In this document: in pieces, positions 1-10,738 of the stretch
Layout of the letters: each line of letters begins with the position of its first letter
Numbering within the stretch: the first letter of the stretch is position 1
NCBI GenBank assembly: GCA_040902005.1
Contig: JBBDYA010000045.1
Location: 99,933-163,932 of the forward strand
From: Gemmatimonadaceae bacterium
GTDB lineage: Bacteria > Gemmatimonadota > Gemmatimonadetes > Gemmatimonadales > Gemmatimonadaceae
Direction: 5' to 3'
DNA length: 64,000 bases
Program-made: the position numbers and the translations under genes
Notes under the pieces: model-generated
What the model saw: the letters and a program-made list of their open reading frames with translations, nothing else
Database searches by the model: none
What the model was told of the DNA's origin: nothing

Positions 1-1500
1 GATCGCAACAGGTACGCGCGGAGCATCCAGGTCGGCTCGCCCATCGAGCTCTTCGGACTCAACCTGGCGAACAGCATTCGCATCACGGATACGTATCTCG
101 ACTATCCGGAGCTGAAGACGTTTTATCTCGAGGCCGATTCCGCGCGTCGGGAGACTCGGGTCTTCGCGGAGACGTTCAAGACGGAAGTGGATTGGAATCC
201 CTCGTTCTCCCTGCCGCCACTCTTTCAGAATCGGTACAAGCTGACGCCGAGTGTCAGCCTGGTAAACGTGGCGGGGGGGCCATTCTGGGTTCGCAGCGAC
301 CTGAGTGGCGGTGCGTGGGTGCATCAGAACAAGCGGCTGGTGTATGGCCTGTCCGCGTCCCCCACGGTCTACGGGCTGTGGCCGGGCTTTGGCCCCTTTC
401 AGCGCATACGCCATGCGGTGAGTCCGACGATTTCCTTCAACTTCGCGCCGGCGGCCGAGATCAATCGCGAGTACCTGGCCGCCATGGGACGCTCCTATCA
501 GGTAGACCGCGGCGCGCTGCGGCAGAGCGCGATATCGCTGGGAATGTCCCAGGTGTTCGAGGCCAAGGTCGGGGGAGTGCTGGATTCAGCCGCGACTCCC
601 GACGGACAGAAGCTCAAGCTGCTGAGCGCGCAATTCACGCCGCTGTCCTACGACTTCGAGCGCGCGCGCGTAGCGGGAAGGAGCCTCGCGGGATTGACCA
701 CGGAGAACCTCGGCCTGCGGGCGACATCCGACCTGCTTCCCGGCTTCGATCTCTCCATGGACTACTCCCTCTTTCAGGGGAGCACGCAGACCGATACGGC
801 CGACTTCAAGCCATTCCTGACGCGCGTTTCGTCCACCTTCCGCATCAGTCAGCGGGAGAACCCTTTCTCGGTCATCACTCGGCTGTTCGGCCGCGCCGTC
901 CCGGATCAGAGCCCCAATCCGCTGGCTGGCGACCCGGCGGCTGGCGAACAGGAACAGGCACTGGCGCGCGAACTGGCGGCGCAACCGGTGGCGGGGCAGG
1001 CGGCCCGCGGCGCGCAGTTCGTGGTTCCGCCGGTCCGAGGGTGGGAGGCGAGCTTCACCTTCAGCACGTCGAAGACACGGCCGCCGCGCGGCGGGACGGT
1101 GATCGAGTTCGATCCGCGCATTCGCTGCGAGCCATACCGGACCCTTGATCAGTTCGCGTACGAAGCGTGCTTGCGCGCGCCGACGAACGAGGCGGCCATC
1201 CAGCCCACCACTGGCGGCGCTCCGTTCCTGCTGATGCCCGCCCAGACCTCCCTGGCAGGCAATTTCAACTTCGAGCTGACGCAGAAGTGGGCCGCCGCGT
1301 GGCAGACGAGCTACGATTTCGAGTTGCACCAGTTTGCCCAGCACGTGGTATCGCTCCAGCGGGACATGCACGACTTTCGGGCCGTGTTCGCGTTCACGAA
1401 GTCGCCGAACGGGAATTTCGCGTTCAACTTCTTCATCGCCCTCAAGCCACAGCCGGATCTCAAGTTCGACTACAGCCGCGCGACGGTTCGGGGTCAGTAG
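1..1500 (+). CDS. Putative LPS-assembly protein LptD-like outer-membrane beta-barrel, C-terminal part (5' truncated by window)
   Basis: Frame is open from base 1 to the TAG at 1498-1500. Amphipathic beta-strand pattern; C-terminal W..SYDF...SLQRDMHD...FNFFIAL..QPDLKFDY resembles putative LptD proteins of FCB-group bacteria. Confidence 0.65.
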   Translation, partial: DRNRYARSIQVGSPIELFGLNLANSIRITDTYLDYPELKTFYLEADSARRETRVFAETFKTEVDWNPSFSLPPLFQNRYKLTPSVSLVNVAGGPFWVRSDLSGGAWVHQNKRLVYGLSASPTVYGLWPGFGPFQRIRHAVSPTISFNFAPAAEINREYLAAMGRSYQVDRGALRQSAISLGMSQVFEAKVGGVLDSAATPDGQKLKLLSAQFTPLSYDFERARVAGRSLAGLTTENLGLRATSDLLPGFDLSMDYSLFQGSTQTDTADFKPFLTRVSSTFRISQRENPFSVITRLFGRAVPDQSPNPLAGDPAAGEQEQALARELAAQPVAGQAARGAQFVVPPVRGWEASFTFSTSKTRPPRGGTVIEFDPRIRCEPYRTLDQFAYEACLRAPTNEAAIQPTTGGAPFLLMPAQTSLAGNFNFELTQKWAAAWQTSYDFELHQFAQHVVSLQRDMHDFRAVFAFTKSPNGNFAFNFFIALKPQPDLKFDYSRATVRGQ

Positions 1501-1531
1501 GGGCGACACGCAGTCCGTGCGTCGCGAACGT

Positions 1532-1572
1532 TCATGACCGGCCTTGAATTGTCATGATGGGCCCGAGACATT
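1532..1572 (+). promoter_or_regulatory. Candidate sigma70 promoter and operator of the hut operon
   Basis: TTGAAT (1544-1549)-N17-GACATT (1567-1572), 7 nt before ATG 1580. Inverted repeat TCATGAC-N12-GTCATGA (1532-1557) brackets the -35. Confidence 0.4.
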
Positions 1573-1579
1573 CCGCCCC

Positions 1580-3082
1580 ATGACAACGCCGGTGGAGCTG
1601 GACGGGAACGCGCTGACGATCGAGGACGTGTTCGCGGTGGCCGTTCAGGGCGCCAAGGTGTCGCTGTCGCCAGCGGCACGCGAGCGCGCGATGGAGCGGC
1701 GGCGGGTCGTGGAGTCGCTCGTTGCCCGCAACGAGGTGGCCTACGGCGTCACTACCGGATTCGGCCGGCTGTCCAACGTCGTGATCCCGCCGGACCGGCT
1801 GGCGGAGCTCCAGATCAATCTGGTCCGCAGCCACGCGGCGGGGATCGGTCAGGCGCTGCCCGTGCATGAAGTGCGCGCGATGATGCTGCTGCGGGCCAAC
1901 GTGATCGCGAAGGGATTCACGGGGGCCCGCCCGGCGCTCGCCGAGTTGCTCATCGGCATGCTCAACGCGGGCCTGCACCCCAGCATTCCGGAACAGGGGA
2001 GCGTGGGCGCCAGCGGAGATCTCGCGCCGCTCGCGCATCTCGCGCTGTCGCTCATCGGCGAGGGGGAGTTGCATCATGGCGACCGCACGGGCTCCGCAGC
2101 CGACGTGCTGCGCGCGCACTCCCTCGCGCCGGTGACGCTTGGCCCCAAGGAAGGGATCGTGCTGATCAATGGCACGCAGGCGCACACGGCCACCGCCGCG
2201 CTCGCCGTCGTGGACGCGCATCGACTGTGGAAGACGGCGCATCTCGCGGGGGCGATGTCGCTGGAGGCGCTCATGGGCACGCCGGTGGCGTTCGACGAGC
2301 GCATTCACGCCGTTCGCGGCCAGCTTGGCCAGGCCGCGTCAGCGGCCGTGCTGCGCGAGCTGCTGGCGGAGAGCGAAATCCGCGAGTCGCACCGCACGAA
2401 CGACCCGCGGGTGCAGGATCCCTACTCGTTGCGCTGCATGCCGCAGGTCCATGGCCCCGTGCTGGACGCGCTCGATTTCGTGGCGTCCATCGTGTCGCGC
2501 GAGTTGAACGCCGCCACGGACAATCCGCTGGTGTTCGAGGACGGCACGCTGTTGAGCGGAGGCAACTTCCACGGTCAGGCGGTCGGGATGGCCCTCGATT
2601 TCCTCGCCATCGCGCTCACCACCCTTGCCACGATTTCGGAGCGGCGCATCGACCGGCTGGTGAACCCGGATCTCAACGAAGGGCTGCCGCCGTTTCTCTC
2701 GACGGACGCTGGCGTGAATTCCGGCTACATGATGGCGCAGGTGTCCGCCGCGGCGCTCGCGAGCGAGTGCAAGGTGCTCTCCCATCCCGCCACGGTGGAT
2801 ACGATTCCCACGGACGGAAACAAGGAGGACGTCGTCCCGATGTCGATGGGCGCCGCCTGGAAGCTCCGGCGCGTGGTCCACAACGTGCGCCACGTGCTGG
2901 CGATCGAGCTGATGTGTGCGGCGCAGGGGATCGACTTTCGCGCGCCCCTGAGGCCGGGCAGGGGCGTGGCGCGTGGGCATGCCGCTGTGCGCGCGCTGGT
3001 TCCGCCACTGGAACGCGACCGCGTGTTGTCCGGGGACATCGCCTGTCTTGCGGACGCGATCGCACTCGGACGGTTCAGCTGA
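1580..3082 (+). CDS. hutH: Histidine ammonia-lyase
   Basis: [11 protein letters not shown]-forming [29 protein letters not shown] motifs. Confidence 0.95.
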   Translation: MTTPVELDGNALTIEDVFAVAVQGAKVSLSPAARERAMERRRVVESLVARNEVAYGVTTGFGRLSNVVIPPDRLAELQINLVRSHAAGIGQALPVHEVRAMMLLRANVIAKGFTGARPALAELLIGMLNAGLHPSIPEQGSVGASGDLAPLAHLALSLIGEGELHHGDRTGSAADVLRAHSLAPVTLGPKEGIVLINGTQAHTATAALAVVDAHRLWKTAHLAGAMSLEALMGTPVAFDERIHAVRGQLGQAASAAVLRELLAESEIRESHRTNDPRVQDPYSLRCMPQVHGPVLDALDFVASIVSRELNAATDNPLVFEDGTLLSGGNFHGQAVGMALDFLAIALTTLATISERRIDRLVNPDLNEGLPPFLSTDAGVNSGYMMAQVSAAALASECKVLSHPATVDTIPTDGNKEDVVPMSMGAAWKLRRVVHNVRHVLAIELMCAAQGIDFRAPLRPGRGVARGHAAVRALVPPLERDRVLSGDIACLADAIALGRFS

Positions 3083-3087
3083 ACGCC

Positions 3088-4764
3088 ATGACCGCCACGA
3101 TGACGGGCGCGGGCGCGCGCCCCGTGCGCGCCCCGCGGGGCGCATCACTCTCCTGCAAGGGGTGGCAGCAGGAGGCCGCGCTCCGGATGCTCATGAACAA
3201 TCTCGACCCGGACGTGGCGGAGCGCCCCGACGACCTCGTGGTCTACGGCGGAACCGGGCGCGCTGCCCGGAGCTGGGAGGCGTTCGACGCCATCGTGGCG
3301 TCGCTGCGGGTGCTCGACGCGGACGAAACGCTGCTGGTGCAGAGCGGGAAACCGGTGGGCGTGTTTCCGACGCATGCGTCCGCGCCGCGGGTGTTGATCG
3401 CGAACAGCAACCTGGTCGGGCGCTGGGCCACGTGGGACCACTTCCGGGAACTCGAGCGCGCCGGCCTCATGATGTACGGGCAGATGACCGCCGGTTCGTG
3501 GATCTACATCGGCTCCCAGGGCATTCTCCAGGGCACATACGAGACGTTCGGAGCCGTCGCGCGCCGGGACTTCGACGGCTCGCTGGCCGGTCGCACGGTG
3601 CTCACGGCCGGACTGGGAGGCATGGGTGGCGCGCAACCGCTCGCGGCCACCATGAATGGCGCCGCGTTCCTCGGCATCGACGTGGACGAATCGCGCATCG
3701 ACAAGCGACTCGCGACGGGATACTGTGACCGGAAAACGCAGAGCGTCGCCGAAGCGCTGGGCTGGTTGCGTGAAGCGGCGGACGCACGGCGGGCGCTGTC
3801 CATCGGCCTGGTGGGCAACGCCGCCGAGGTGCTGCCGGACCTGGTGCGTCGCGGCTTCACCCCGGACGTGCTCACCGACCAGACGAGCGCGCACGACACG
3901 TTACACGGATACGTCCCGGAGGGGTTGTCGCTGGCCGCCGCCGCCGAGCTGCGCCGGCGTGACCCGGCAGCGTACGAGCGGCGCGCCAACGCGTCGATCG
4001 TGCGCCACGTGAAGGCCATGCTCGACATGCGCCATCGCGGCGCGGTGACGTTCGACTACGGCAACAACATCCGGACCGTGGCGTTCGACCACGGTGAGCC
4101 GAACGCGTTCGACATTCCCGGGTTCATCCCGGAGTACATCCGCCCGCTGTTCTGTGAGGGGAAGGGACCGTTCCGCTGGGTGGCGTTGTCGGGCGACCCG
4201 GCGGATCTCGCACGCACCGATGCACTCGTGCTCGAGCTGTTTCCCGACGACGACCACCTGCGGCGGTGGATCGGGCTGGCGCAGCAGCGGATTCATTTCC
4301 AGGGGCTGCCAGCGCGCATCTGCTGGCTGGGACAGGGGGAGCGCGCGCGGTTCGGCGTGGCGCTCAACGATCTGGTGGCACGGGGGGAGCTGTCGGCGCC
4401 GATCGTGATCGGGCGGGATCACCTCGACACGGGGAGCGTCGCGTCGCCGTTTCGCGAAACCGAAAAGATGATGGACGGCAGCGACGCGGTCGCGGACTGG
4501 CCGATCCTCAACGCGATGCTCAATGTTGCCAGCGGAGCGTCGTGGGTGTCCTTTCATCACGGCGGCGGCGTCGGCATCGGCAACTCGCTGCATGCGGGAC
4601 AGGTGATCGTCGCCGACGGCACGCCGGAGATGCGCGTGCGCCTGGAGCGCGTGCTCACCAATGACCCGGGGATTGGCGTGGCGCGGCATGCCGACGCCGG
4701 GTATCAGGCCGCGAAGGACACGGCGCGCCGCGCCGGCATCAAGCTGCCGATGGAGATGGTGTAG
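3088..4764 (+). CDS. hutU: Urocanate hydratase
   Basis: [55 protein letters not shown]. Start set at ATG 3088, just after the hutH stop. Confidence 0.97.
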   Translation: MTATMTGAGARPVRAPRGASLSCKGWQQEAALRMLMNNLDPDVAERPDDLVVYGGTGRAARSWEAFDAIVASLRVLDADETLLVQSGKPVGVFPTHASAPRVLIANSNLVGRWATWDHFRELERAGLMMYGQMTAGSWIYIGSQGILQGTYETFGAVARRDFDGSLAGRTVLTAGLGGMGGAQPLAATMNGAAFLGIDVDESRIDKRLATGYCDRKTQSVAEALGWLREAADARRALSIGLVGNAAEVLPDLVRRGFTPDVLTDQTSAHDTLHGYVPEGLSLAAAAELRRRDPAAYERRANASIVRHVKAMLDMRHRGAVTFDYGNNIRTVAFDHGEPNAFDIPGFIPEYIRPLFCEGKGPFRWVALSGDPADLARTDALVLELFPDDDHLRRWIGLAQQRIHFQGLPARICWLGQGERARFGVALNDLVARGELSAPIVIGRDHLDTGSVASPFRETEKMMDGSDAVADWPILNAMLNVASGASWVSFHHGGGVGIGNSLHAGQVIVADGTPEMRVRLERVLTNDPGIGVARHADAGYQAAKDTARRAGIKLPMEMV

Positions 4765-4773
4765 ACTCCGCTG

Positions 4774-5745
4774 ATGCTCTCCGCCCGCTTCAAGCCGTAC
4801 CACATTCCGCTGTTCATTGCGAAGTACGCCTGGCTCACCACGCGGCGCATGCCCGTGCTGGTGCACTTCGAGGTGACCATGCGGTGCAACGCGCGATGCG
4901 ACTTCTGCGATTACTGGAAGACGGATCCCTCCGCGCGGGCGCAGGAACTGGAGAGCTACGCGGACGCCGCGCGGTTCTTCAATCCGATGCTCGTCACGTT
5001 CACGGGCGGCGAGCCGCTCCTGCGCCGCGACCTCGAGACGCTCGTGAGCGCAGTGAACCGGGCGGTGCGGCTCAAGTACATCCTCGTGCTCACGCACGGC
5101 GGGATGCTGTCGCCCGAGCGGGCGCAGTCGCTCTGGAGCGCCGGCGTGAATCAGTTCAACATCTCGCTCGACTACCTGGATGCGCGCCATGACCGTGCGC
5201 GCGGCATTCCGGGCCTGTCGCAACGCATCTTTGCGTCGGTGCACGCCATGCGGGCCGCCGGGATCGACAGTATCCGCTTCAACACGGTCATCAAGCGCGA
5301 TAACCTCGACCAGATCATGCCCATCGTGCGGTGCGCGATGGAGCTGGGGTGCGGCGTGAATCTCAGCGTGTACACCGACGCGAAGAACGGCAATCGCGCG
5401 CTCCTGATCACGGACGACGAGGGGCGGCAGGTGAGCGCGCTCGTGGCGGAATTGCTGGCCTTCAAGCGCCGGCGGCGCGGCATCATCACGAATTCGGATT
5501 ATTACCTCGAGCAACTGCCGCGCTACGTGCGCGGCGAGATGACGGAGCCGTGCCAATCGGGCATTCGCACCGTGCACCTGAACCCCGGCGGGCACGTCAA
5601 GCGGTGTCCCGATTTCCCGACCGATTTTCACTGGCGGGACTTCAAGCGGTACGCCCCCATCGCCTGCAACGCGTGCTACTACGCGTGTCGGGGCGAAGCG
5701 CAGGCGCCACTCCAGTGGTCACGGGTGTCCGATGTCTTCGCGTGA
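4774..5745 (+). CDS. Radical SAM protein with C-terminal Cys-rich (Twitch/SPASM-like) region, function unknown
   Basis: CNARCDFC (CX3CX2C), TGGEP; C-terminal C..G..(x)..VKRC and CNACYYAC. Confidence 0.85.
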   Translation: MLSARFKPYHIPLFIAKYAWLTTRRMPVLVHFEVTMRCNARCDFCDYWKTDPSARAQELESYADAARFFNPMLVTFTGGEPLLRRDLETLVSAVNRAVRLKYILVLTHGGMLSPERAQSLWSAGVNQFNISLDYLDARHDRARGIPGLSQRIFASVHAMRAAGIDSIRFNTVIKRDNLDQIMPIVRCAMELGCGVNLSVYTDAKNGNRALLITDDEGRQVSALVAELLAFKRRRRGIITNSDYYLEQLPRYVRGEMTEPCQSGIRTVHLNPGGHVKRCPDFPTDFHWRDFKRYAPIACNACYYACRGEAQAPLQWSRVSDVFA

Positions 5746-7009
5746 CCTGCTGTTCGTCAACGCGCGCCAGGTGGTCACGTGCGCCGGCGCGGCGCGAGCG
5801 CGCCGGGGCGCCGAGATGTCCGACCTGGAGGTGCTCGAAAACGCGGCGGTGTTGACCAGGGGCGAAACGATCGTGGCGGTGGGCCTCCGGCGTGACGTTG
5901 AGGAGCGCGCGATGAGTGCCGAGCGTGTCGACTGCGGTGGCGGCGTCCTCGCGCCCGCCCTGGTGGATTCGCACACCCACGCCGTGTTCGGCGCGCCGCG
6001 GGCGAACGAGCACGAGATGCGCGCGGCCGGCATGGATTACATGGCGATCGCGCGCGCAGGCGGAGGCATACACTCGTCGGTGCGCGACGTGCGCGCGCGT
6101 GGGGAAGATGAGCTGGTGCGCCTGGCCCGCGCCCGGGTACGGCGGCTCGCGTCCTATGGGGTCGGCACCATCGAAGTGAAATCCGGGTACGGACTCTCGC
6201 TCGAGGACGAGCTGAAGCTGCTGCGCGTGATCCGCCAGCTGTCGTCCGACGTTCCCGCGCGGCTCGTGCCCACGTTCCTCGGCGCCCACGAGATACCGCT
6301 GGAGTATCGCGAGTCATCGGCGCGGCGGAGCGAGTACATCGCGCTCGTCATCCACGAGATGATTCCCGCCGTAGCACGGGAGCAACTCGCCACCTTCGCC
6401 GACGTCTTCTGCGAGACGGGCGTCTACACGCCGGCGGAGAGCCGCGAGATCCTGCTTGCGGCTCGTGCCGCGGGGCTGCGGCTCAAGCTCCACGCCGACG
6501 AGCTCACCTCCAGCGGTGGGGCGGAACTGGCAGCGGAGCTTGGTGCGGCGTCGGCGGATCACCTCGCGGCGATATCCGACCAGGGCATCGCGGCACTGGC
6601 GCGCGCAAACACCGTGGCCACTCTGCTGCCCTCGACGATGCTGTTTCTCGGCAAGAGCGGGCAGGCCCCCGCGCGCCGCATGATCGAGCGGGGCCTCCCG
6701 ATCGCGCTCGCGACCGACTTCAACCCGGGGACGTCGCCGACGTCGAGCCTTCCGCTCGTGATGACTCTGGGGGTGAGCCAGCTGCGCCTGAGCGCCGCGG
6801 AGGCGTTCATCGCGGCGACCGTGAATGGCGCCGCGGCACTCGGGATGGCAGACCGCATCGGGCAGATCGCGCCGGGGTTCTCCGCGGACTTTGCGCTCTT
6901 CGACATCGGTGACTATCGCGAATTGCCATACTGGTTTGGGGCGCGCGTCTGTCGCGCGCTGTGGACGCGGGGCAAAGCTTGTGACGTCCATGACTTAGAC
7001 GTAACTTAA
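5732..7009 (+). CDS. hutI: Imidazolonepropionase
   Basis: DSHTH, GGGIHSSV, EVKSGYGL, TFLGAH, DVFCE, KLHADE, SADHL, ATDFNPG. Confidence 0.95.
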   Translation: MSSRDLLFVNARQVVTCAGAARARRGAEMSDLEVLENAAVLTRGETIVAVGLRRDVEERAMSAERVDCGGGVLAPALVDSHTHAVFGAPRANEHEMRAAGMDYMAIARAGGGIHSSVRDVRARGEDELVRLARARVRRLASYGVGTIEVKSGYGLSLEDELKLLRVIRQLSSDVPARLVPTFLGAHEIPLEYRESSARRSEYIALVIHEMIPAVAREQLATFADVFCETGVYTPAESREILLAARAAGLRLKLHADELTSSGGAELAAELGAASADHLAAISDQGIAALARANTVATLLPSTMLFLGKSGQAPARRMIERGLPIALATDFNPGTSPTSSLPLVMTLGVSQLRLSAAEAFIAATVNGAAALGMADRIGQIAPGFSADFALFDIGDYRELPYWFGARVCRALWTRGKACDVHDLDVT

Positions 7010-7072
7010 GCGCTCGTTTTTCCGCCCGTCGCAGACGTTCCGCGCCACCTTCAGACGCCGATTCGGACGCTG

Positions 7073-9442
7073 ATGTCCAAGATCGCCACACTCAAAAAGA
7101 AGGCCGCAGACCTCGAGAAGAAGTCGCCGGACAAGGCCGTCACGGTCTACATCGAGCTGCTGGCGGAAATGGAGAAGAGCCCGACCGAGATGGACGTCGC
7201 GCTCTTCAATCGCGTGGGCGATCTCATGGTCAAGCAGGGGAGCGTCGCCGACGCCGTGGATTACTACGAGAAAGCCGTGGACCACTACGTGGATGGCGGG
7301 TTCTTCAACAACGCCATTGCCCTGTGCAACAAGATTCTGCGCAGTTCGCCCGGGCGCGCGACCGTGTACTACAAGCTCGGCAAGATCAGCGCGCACAAGG
7401 GATTCAAGGCCGATGCCAAGCAGAACTTTCTCGAGTACGCCGACCGGATGCAGAAGTCCGGCAAGCTGGACGAAGCATTCCGCGCGCTCGCTGAATTCGC
7501 CGATCTCTGTCCCGACCAGACTGACATCCGGTTGATGCTCGCCGATCAGCTGACGAAGGCGGGGAAGAACGACGAAGCGATCGAGCAGCTGCAGGTGCTG
7601 CACGAGCAACTGGATGCCGAGGGCGCGACGGCGGAGGCCGCCGCCGCCGCCGAACGCCTGCACGCCATCGATCCGGATGTTGAGCCGCGAACGGGGGGCG
7701 CGGGCCGTGGGTCGCCTGGCAGCGGCGGCGACGATCTCATCTTCCTCGATCTGAGCGATTCGCCCGCGGCGCAATCACTCCGGCGCAGTGTGGCAAAGCG
7801 ACAGACGCTCAGCTTGAAGGTGCAAGTGGACAAGGCGTCGCCGAAGCCCAAGCCCACGCCGCCGCCGCCCCCGGTGGTCAAGGCGCCGGTCACGGTCGAG
7901 CCCCCCCCCTCACCCCGCGTGCCCGAGCCGGCTCCGCTGATCGAGCCTCCCGCCGCTGACCCGCTGGAGGTGAACGCGTCGGTCGACAGCGGCTCCTTGC
8001 TCGGCCTCGAGTCCACGTCGTTCGGGGATTCCTCCGGCACGCTGGACATCAGCGGCGGGCTGGAGATCGAGTCCACATCGTTGCTGGACACACCCGCGGA
8101 CGCGTCCCCCGAGCCGCCGTCGGTCGACGACACGTCCGAGGGCGCCACGCTGGACTTCATCATGCCTGGCGATGACGACGTGCCGGGCCGAGGCGACCTG
8201 CAACAGGCAGCCGCGTCCGCTGCCTCCGACCTTCCGCTCATCGAGGAGTCAGTCGACCTGTCCTTTGGCACCTCGGAGCCGGTTGCCGCGGCACCATCGG
8301 CGGACCTCGAGTTCGTTGATACGGCGCTGGATGACATCGCGGCGGCACCGCAACCGGTGCCACCTACCGCGCGCCCGTCCACGCTCATGGCGGCGAAGTC
8401 GGTCGAGTTGTTGCAGGCCGTCGTGGATGGCGATCAAGATGATTGGGGCGCGCATCGCGAACTGGCCGAGGCGCTGCTCGAGACCGGAAACCGCGAGGGC
8501 GGCGTGCGCGAACTCGAGATCGCCATGCTCGGGTTCGAGCGATCGAGCGACCTCCACTCGGCGATGTCGGTCGCCGACGAGATCGTCCGCGTCGATCCGT
8601 CGTCGGTCAAGCATCACCAGAAGCGGGTGGAGTATGCCTATCGGTCGAACGATCGTCCGCAGCTGGTCGAGGCATATCTGGCGCTCGCTGACGCGCTCTT
8701 CCGAAACGGCCAGATCGACAAGTCGCGGAGCATCTACCAGCGCGTGCTGGAGCTCGCGCCGGGCGACGTGCGCGCCGAGGCGGCGCTCAGCACAATGCCG
8801 GCACCGGAGCCCGCCGCGTCAGTCGTCGATCGCAAGCCGACCGGCTCCAAGCGCCTGGACACGCCCGCGAAGGCGTCCGCGCCCATCGGGAAGCCGACGC
8901 CAGTCGGTGACGACTCGTTCGTGAATCTCGGGGACTGGCTGCGCGAAGATGAGGGGCCGAAGGACACGCGCATGATCGTGGCCGAGGAGGAGCCGACGGG
9001 CAACGAGGAGGCTGACTTCGCGGACATGCTCAAGAAGTTCAAGCAGGGAGTGGCCGAGAATGTCGAGGCGGAAGACTACCAGAGCCACTACGATCTGGGC
9101 GTCGCGTTCAAGGAGATGGGATTGGTCGACGAGGCGATCGCCGAATTCCAGAAGGCCCTGCGTGGGCCGACGAATCGTGTGCGCACGTACGAGGCCATCG
9201 GCCAGTGCTTCATCGACAAGGAACAGCACCAGATGGCGGCAACGATCCTGGGTCGGGCCCTGAGCGAGAAGGGCATCGGCGACGATCAGCTGATTGGCGT
9301 CCTGTACCTCCTGGGCCGCGCCAACGAGGGGGTGGGCAAGGTGGACGAAGCCCTCGAGTACTATCAGCGGGTGTTTGTGGTGGACATCCAGTTCCACGAC
9401 GTCGGCGACCGTCTGAACGCCCTGGAAAAGGCGGCGCGATGA
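7073..9442 (+). CDS. Large tetratricopeptide-repeat protein (N-terminal, central and C-terminal TPR clusters; acidic/Pro-rich linker)
   Basis: Repeated TPR helices (e.g. HYDLGVAFKEMGLVDEAIAEFQKA) and a low-complexity P/S/D linker. Confidence 0.8.
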   Translation: MSKIATLKKKAADLEKKSPDKAVTVYIELLAEMEKSPTEMDVALFNRVGDLMVKQGSVADAVDYYEKAVDHYVDGGFFNNAIALCNKILRSSPGRATVYYKLGKISAHKGFKADAKQNFLEYADRMQKSGKLDEAFRALAEFADLCPDQTDIRLMLADQLTKAGKNDEAIEQLQVLHEQLDAEGATAEAAAAAERLHAIDPDVEPRTGGAGRGSPGSGGDDLIFLDLSDSPAAQSLRRSVAKRQTLSLKVQVDKASPKPKPTPPPPPVVKAPVTVEPPPSPRVPEPAPLIEPPAADPLEVNASVDSGSLLGLESTSFGDSSGTLDISGGLEIESTSLLDTPADASPEPPSVDDTSEGATLDFIMPGDDDVPGRGDLQQAAASAASDLPLIEESVDLSFGTSEPVAAAPSADLEFVDTALDDIAAAPQPVPPTARPSTLMAAKSVELLQAVVDGDQDDWGAHRELAEALLETGNREGGVRELEIAMLGFERSSDLHSAMSVADEIVRVDPSSVKHHQKRVEYAYRSNDRPQLVEAYLALADALFRNGQIDKSRSIYQRVLELAPGDVRAEAALSTMPAPEPAASVVDRKPTGSKRLDTPAKASAPIGKPTPVGDDSFVNLGDWLREDEGPKDTRMIVAEEEPTGNEEADFADMLKKFKQGVAENVEAEDYQSHYDLGVAFKEMGLVDEAIAEFQKALRGPTNRVRTYEAIGQCFIDKEQHQMAATILGRALSEKGIGDDQLIGVLYLLGRANEGVGKVDEALEYYQRVFVVDIQFHDVGDRLNALEKAAR

Positions 9443-10449
9443 GCGGAGCAGTGGCCTCCGCCCGCCGCACCGCGGATCGCGACGTGACCCTCGCCGGCAT
9501 TCAGGCGCCGGTGCGTGAGCGACTCGACCGCGTCCAGCCCGAGTTGCATCGGATCGTCACGCACGAGGTACCGATGATCGAGCAGGTGAGCGGCCACCTG
9601 CTGCAGATGCGTGGCAAGATGTTCCGTCCCACGCTTACGCTGCTGGCGAGCGACGTGGAGGGGCAGGGGCAGAATGCGGCAGTCACCCTGTCGGCGTCGA
9701 TCGAACTGCTGCATCTGGCCACGCTGGTGCACGATGACTCGGTGGATCACTCCGTGTTGCGGCGCGGGCTCCCGACGGTGAACGCGATGTTCAGCCATCA
9801 GGTGTCCGTCATCATGGGAGATTTTCTCTACTCCCGCGCGCTCCGCGCAATGGTCGAGTTGAACAGTCTGGAAGTGATGCGGATCCTCACGGAGGTGTCC
9901 AACGAGCTGGCGGTCGGTGAGATGCGGCAGCTGGCCGCGATCGATGTACTGGATTTCGACGAGGCGGGCTATGTCTCCCTGATTCGTTCCAAGACCGGGT
10001 CGCTGCTGTCCGCTTCCTGTGAGACCGGCGCCCTGTTCGGAGCCATTCAGCATCGCGCGGCGCTTGCCCGCTATGGCGAGCGTTTGGGCCTCGCGTTTCA
10101 GATCGTGGACGACCTGCTGGACTACACGGCGGACCAGAGCGTGACGGGCAAGCCCTCCGGACTCGATCTGAAGGAGCACAAGGTCACCCTGCCGCTGATC
10201 ATGGCGTTGCCGCGGCTGAGTGCCGCCGCGCGGTCCCGGGTGGACGCCCTGTTTGCGGAGGAGCCGTCGGATGCGATGGTGGCGGAGGTCGTCGGGATTG
10301 TGACGGAGGCCGGCGGGCTGGAGCGGGCCCGGCGTCGGGGAGCGCAGTTCGCCGAAGAGGCGGCCGAGGCGTTGTCGAGCCTGCCCGACAGTCCCGTGCG
10401 TGCCGCGTTGCGGGATGCAATCGTCTACGTCATGGACCGGCGGTCCTGA
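9439..10449 (+). CDS. Long-chain polyprenyl diphosphate synthase (IspB-like)
   Basis: GKMFRP, LVHDDSVD...RRG, GDFL, KT, FQIVDDLLD, GKPSGLDLKEHKVTLP. ATGA overlap with the upstream gene. Confidence 0.9.
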   Translation: MSGAVASARRTADRDVTLAGIQAPVRERLDRVQPELHRIVTHEVPMIEQVSGHLLQMRGKMFRPTLTLLASDVEGQGQNAAVTLSASIELLHLATLVHDDSVDHSVLRRGLPTVNAMFSHQVSVIMGDFLYSRALRAMVELNSLEVMRILTEVSNELAVGEMRQLAAIDVLDFDEAGYVSLIRSKTGSLLSASCETGALFGAIQHRAALARYGERLGLAFQIVDDLLDYTADQSVTGKPSGLDLKEHKVTLPLIMALPRLSAAARSRVDALFAEEPSDAMVAEVVGIVTEAGGLERARRRGAQFAEEAAEALSSLPDSPVRAALRDAIVYVMDRRS

Positions 10450-10730
10450 TGCCTCCGCGCGGATCAGCCAAGCACCGTCCGGGATTTCACGCCGCTGTCC
10501 TGGCGATCGGTTTCGTGGCCGGTGGCGTACTCACGCAGGTCGCGCGTAGGTTTCTGCCAGCGGGCGCAGTGAAGGAGTTTCTGACGACGGGTCTTACCCC
10601 ATCGGTTGGCCCGCTGACGATCGATCTGCTCATTCTCAAGTTTTCGCTTGGCCCCGTACTGTTCGACGTATCGCTGCTCAGCCTGGTCGGCGTGCTGGTC
10701 GCCTATCTCATCGCCCGATCGCTTTTCTAG
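10449..10730 (+). CDS. Small membrane protein (DUF4321-like)
   Basis: Two hydrophobic segments flanking PLTIDLLILKFSLG; translationally coupled (TGATG). Confidence 0.6.
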   Translation: MPPRGSAKHRPGFHAAVLAIGFVAGGVLTQVARRFLPAGAVKEFLTTGLTPSVGPLTIDLLILKFSLGPVLFDVSLLSLVGVLVAYLIARSLF

Positions 10731-10738
10731 GAGTGCAT

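Noticed and set aside
2227..3087. N-terminal extensions in the ORF track (hutU from 2227; likewise 9205, 22348, 26353, 44768, 47317, 50338, 50772, 56958)
   Set aside because: They overlap well-supported upstream genes and are stop-poor high-GC read-through; family motifs begin at the later starts used here.
3901..5631. Long antisense and alternative-frame ORFs (e.g. 3901-5631, 21896-23578, 27763-29223, 47959-49590, 59069-60604)
   Set aside because: Shadows of real genes caused by GC-rich codon bias; Arg/Pro/Ala-rich with no recognisable motifs.
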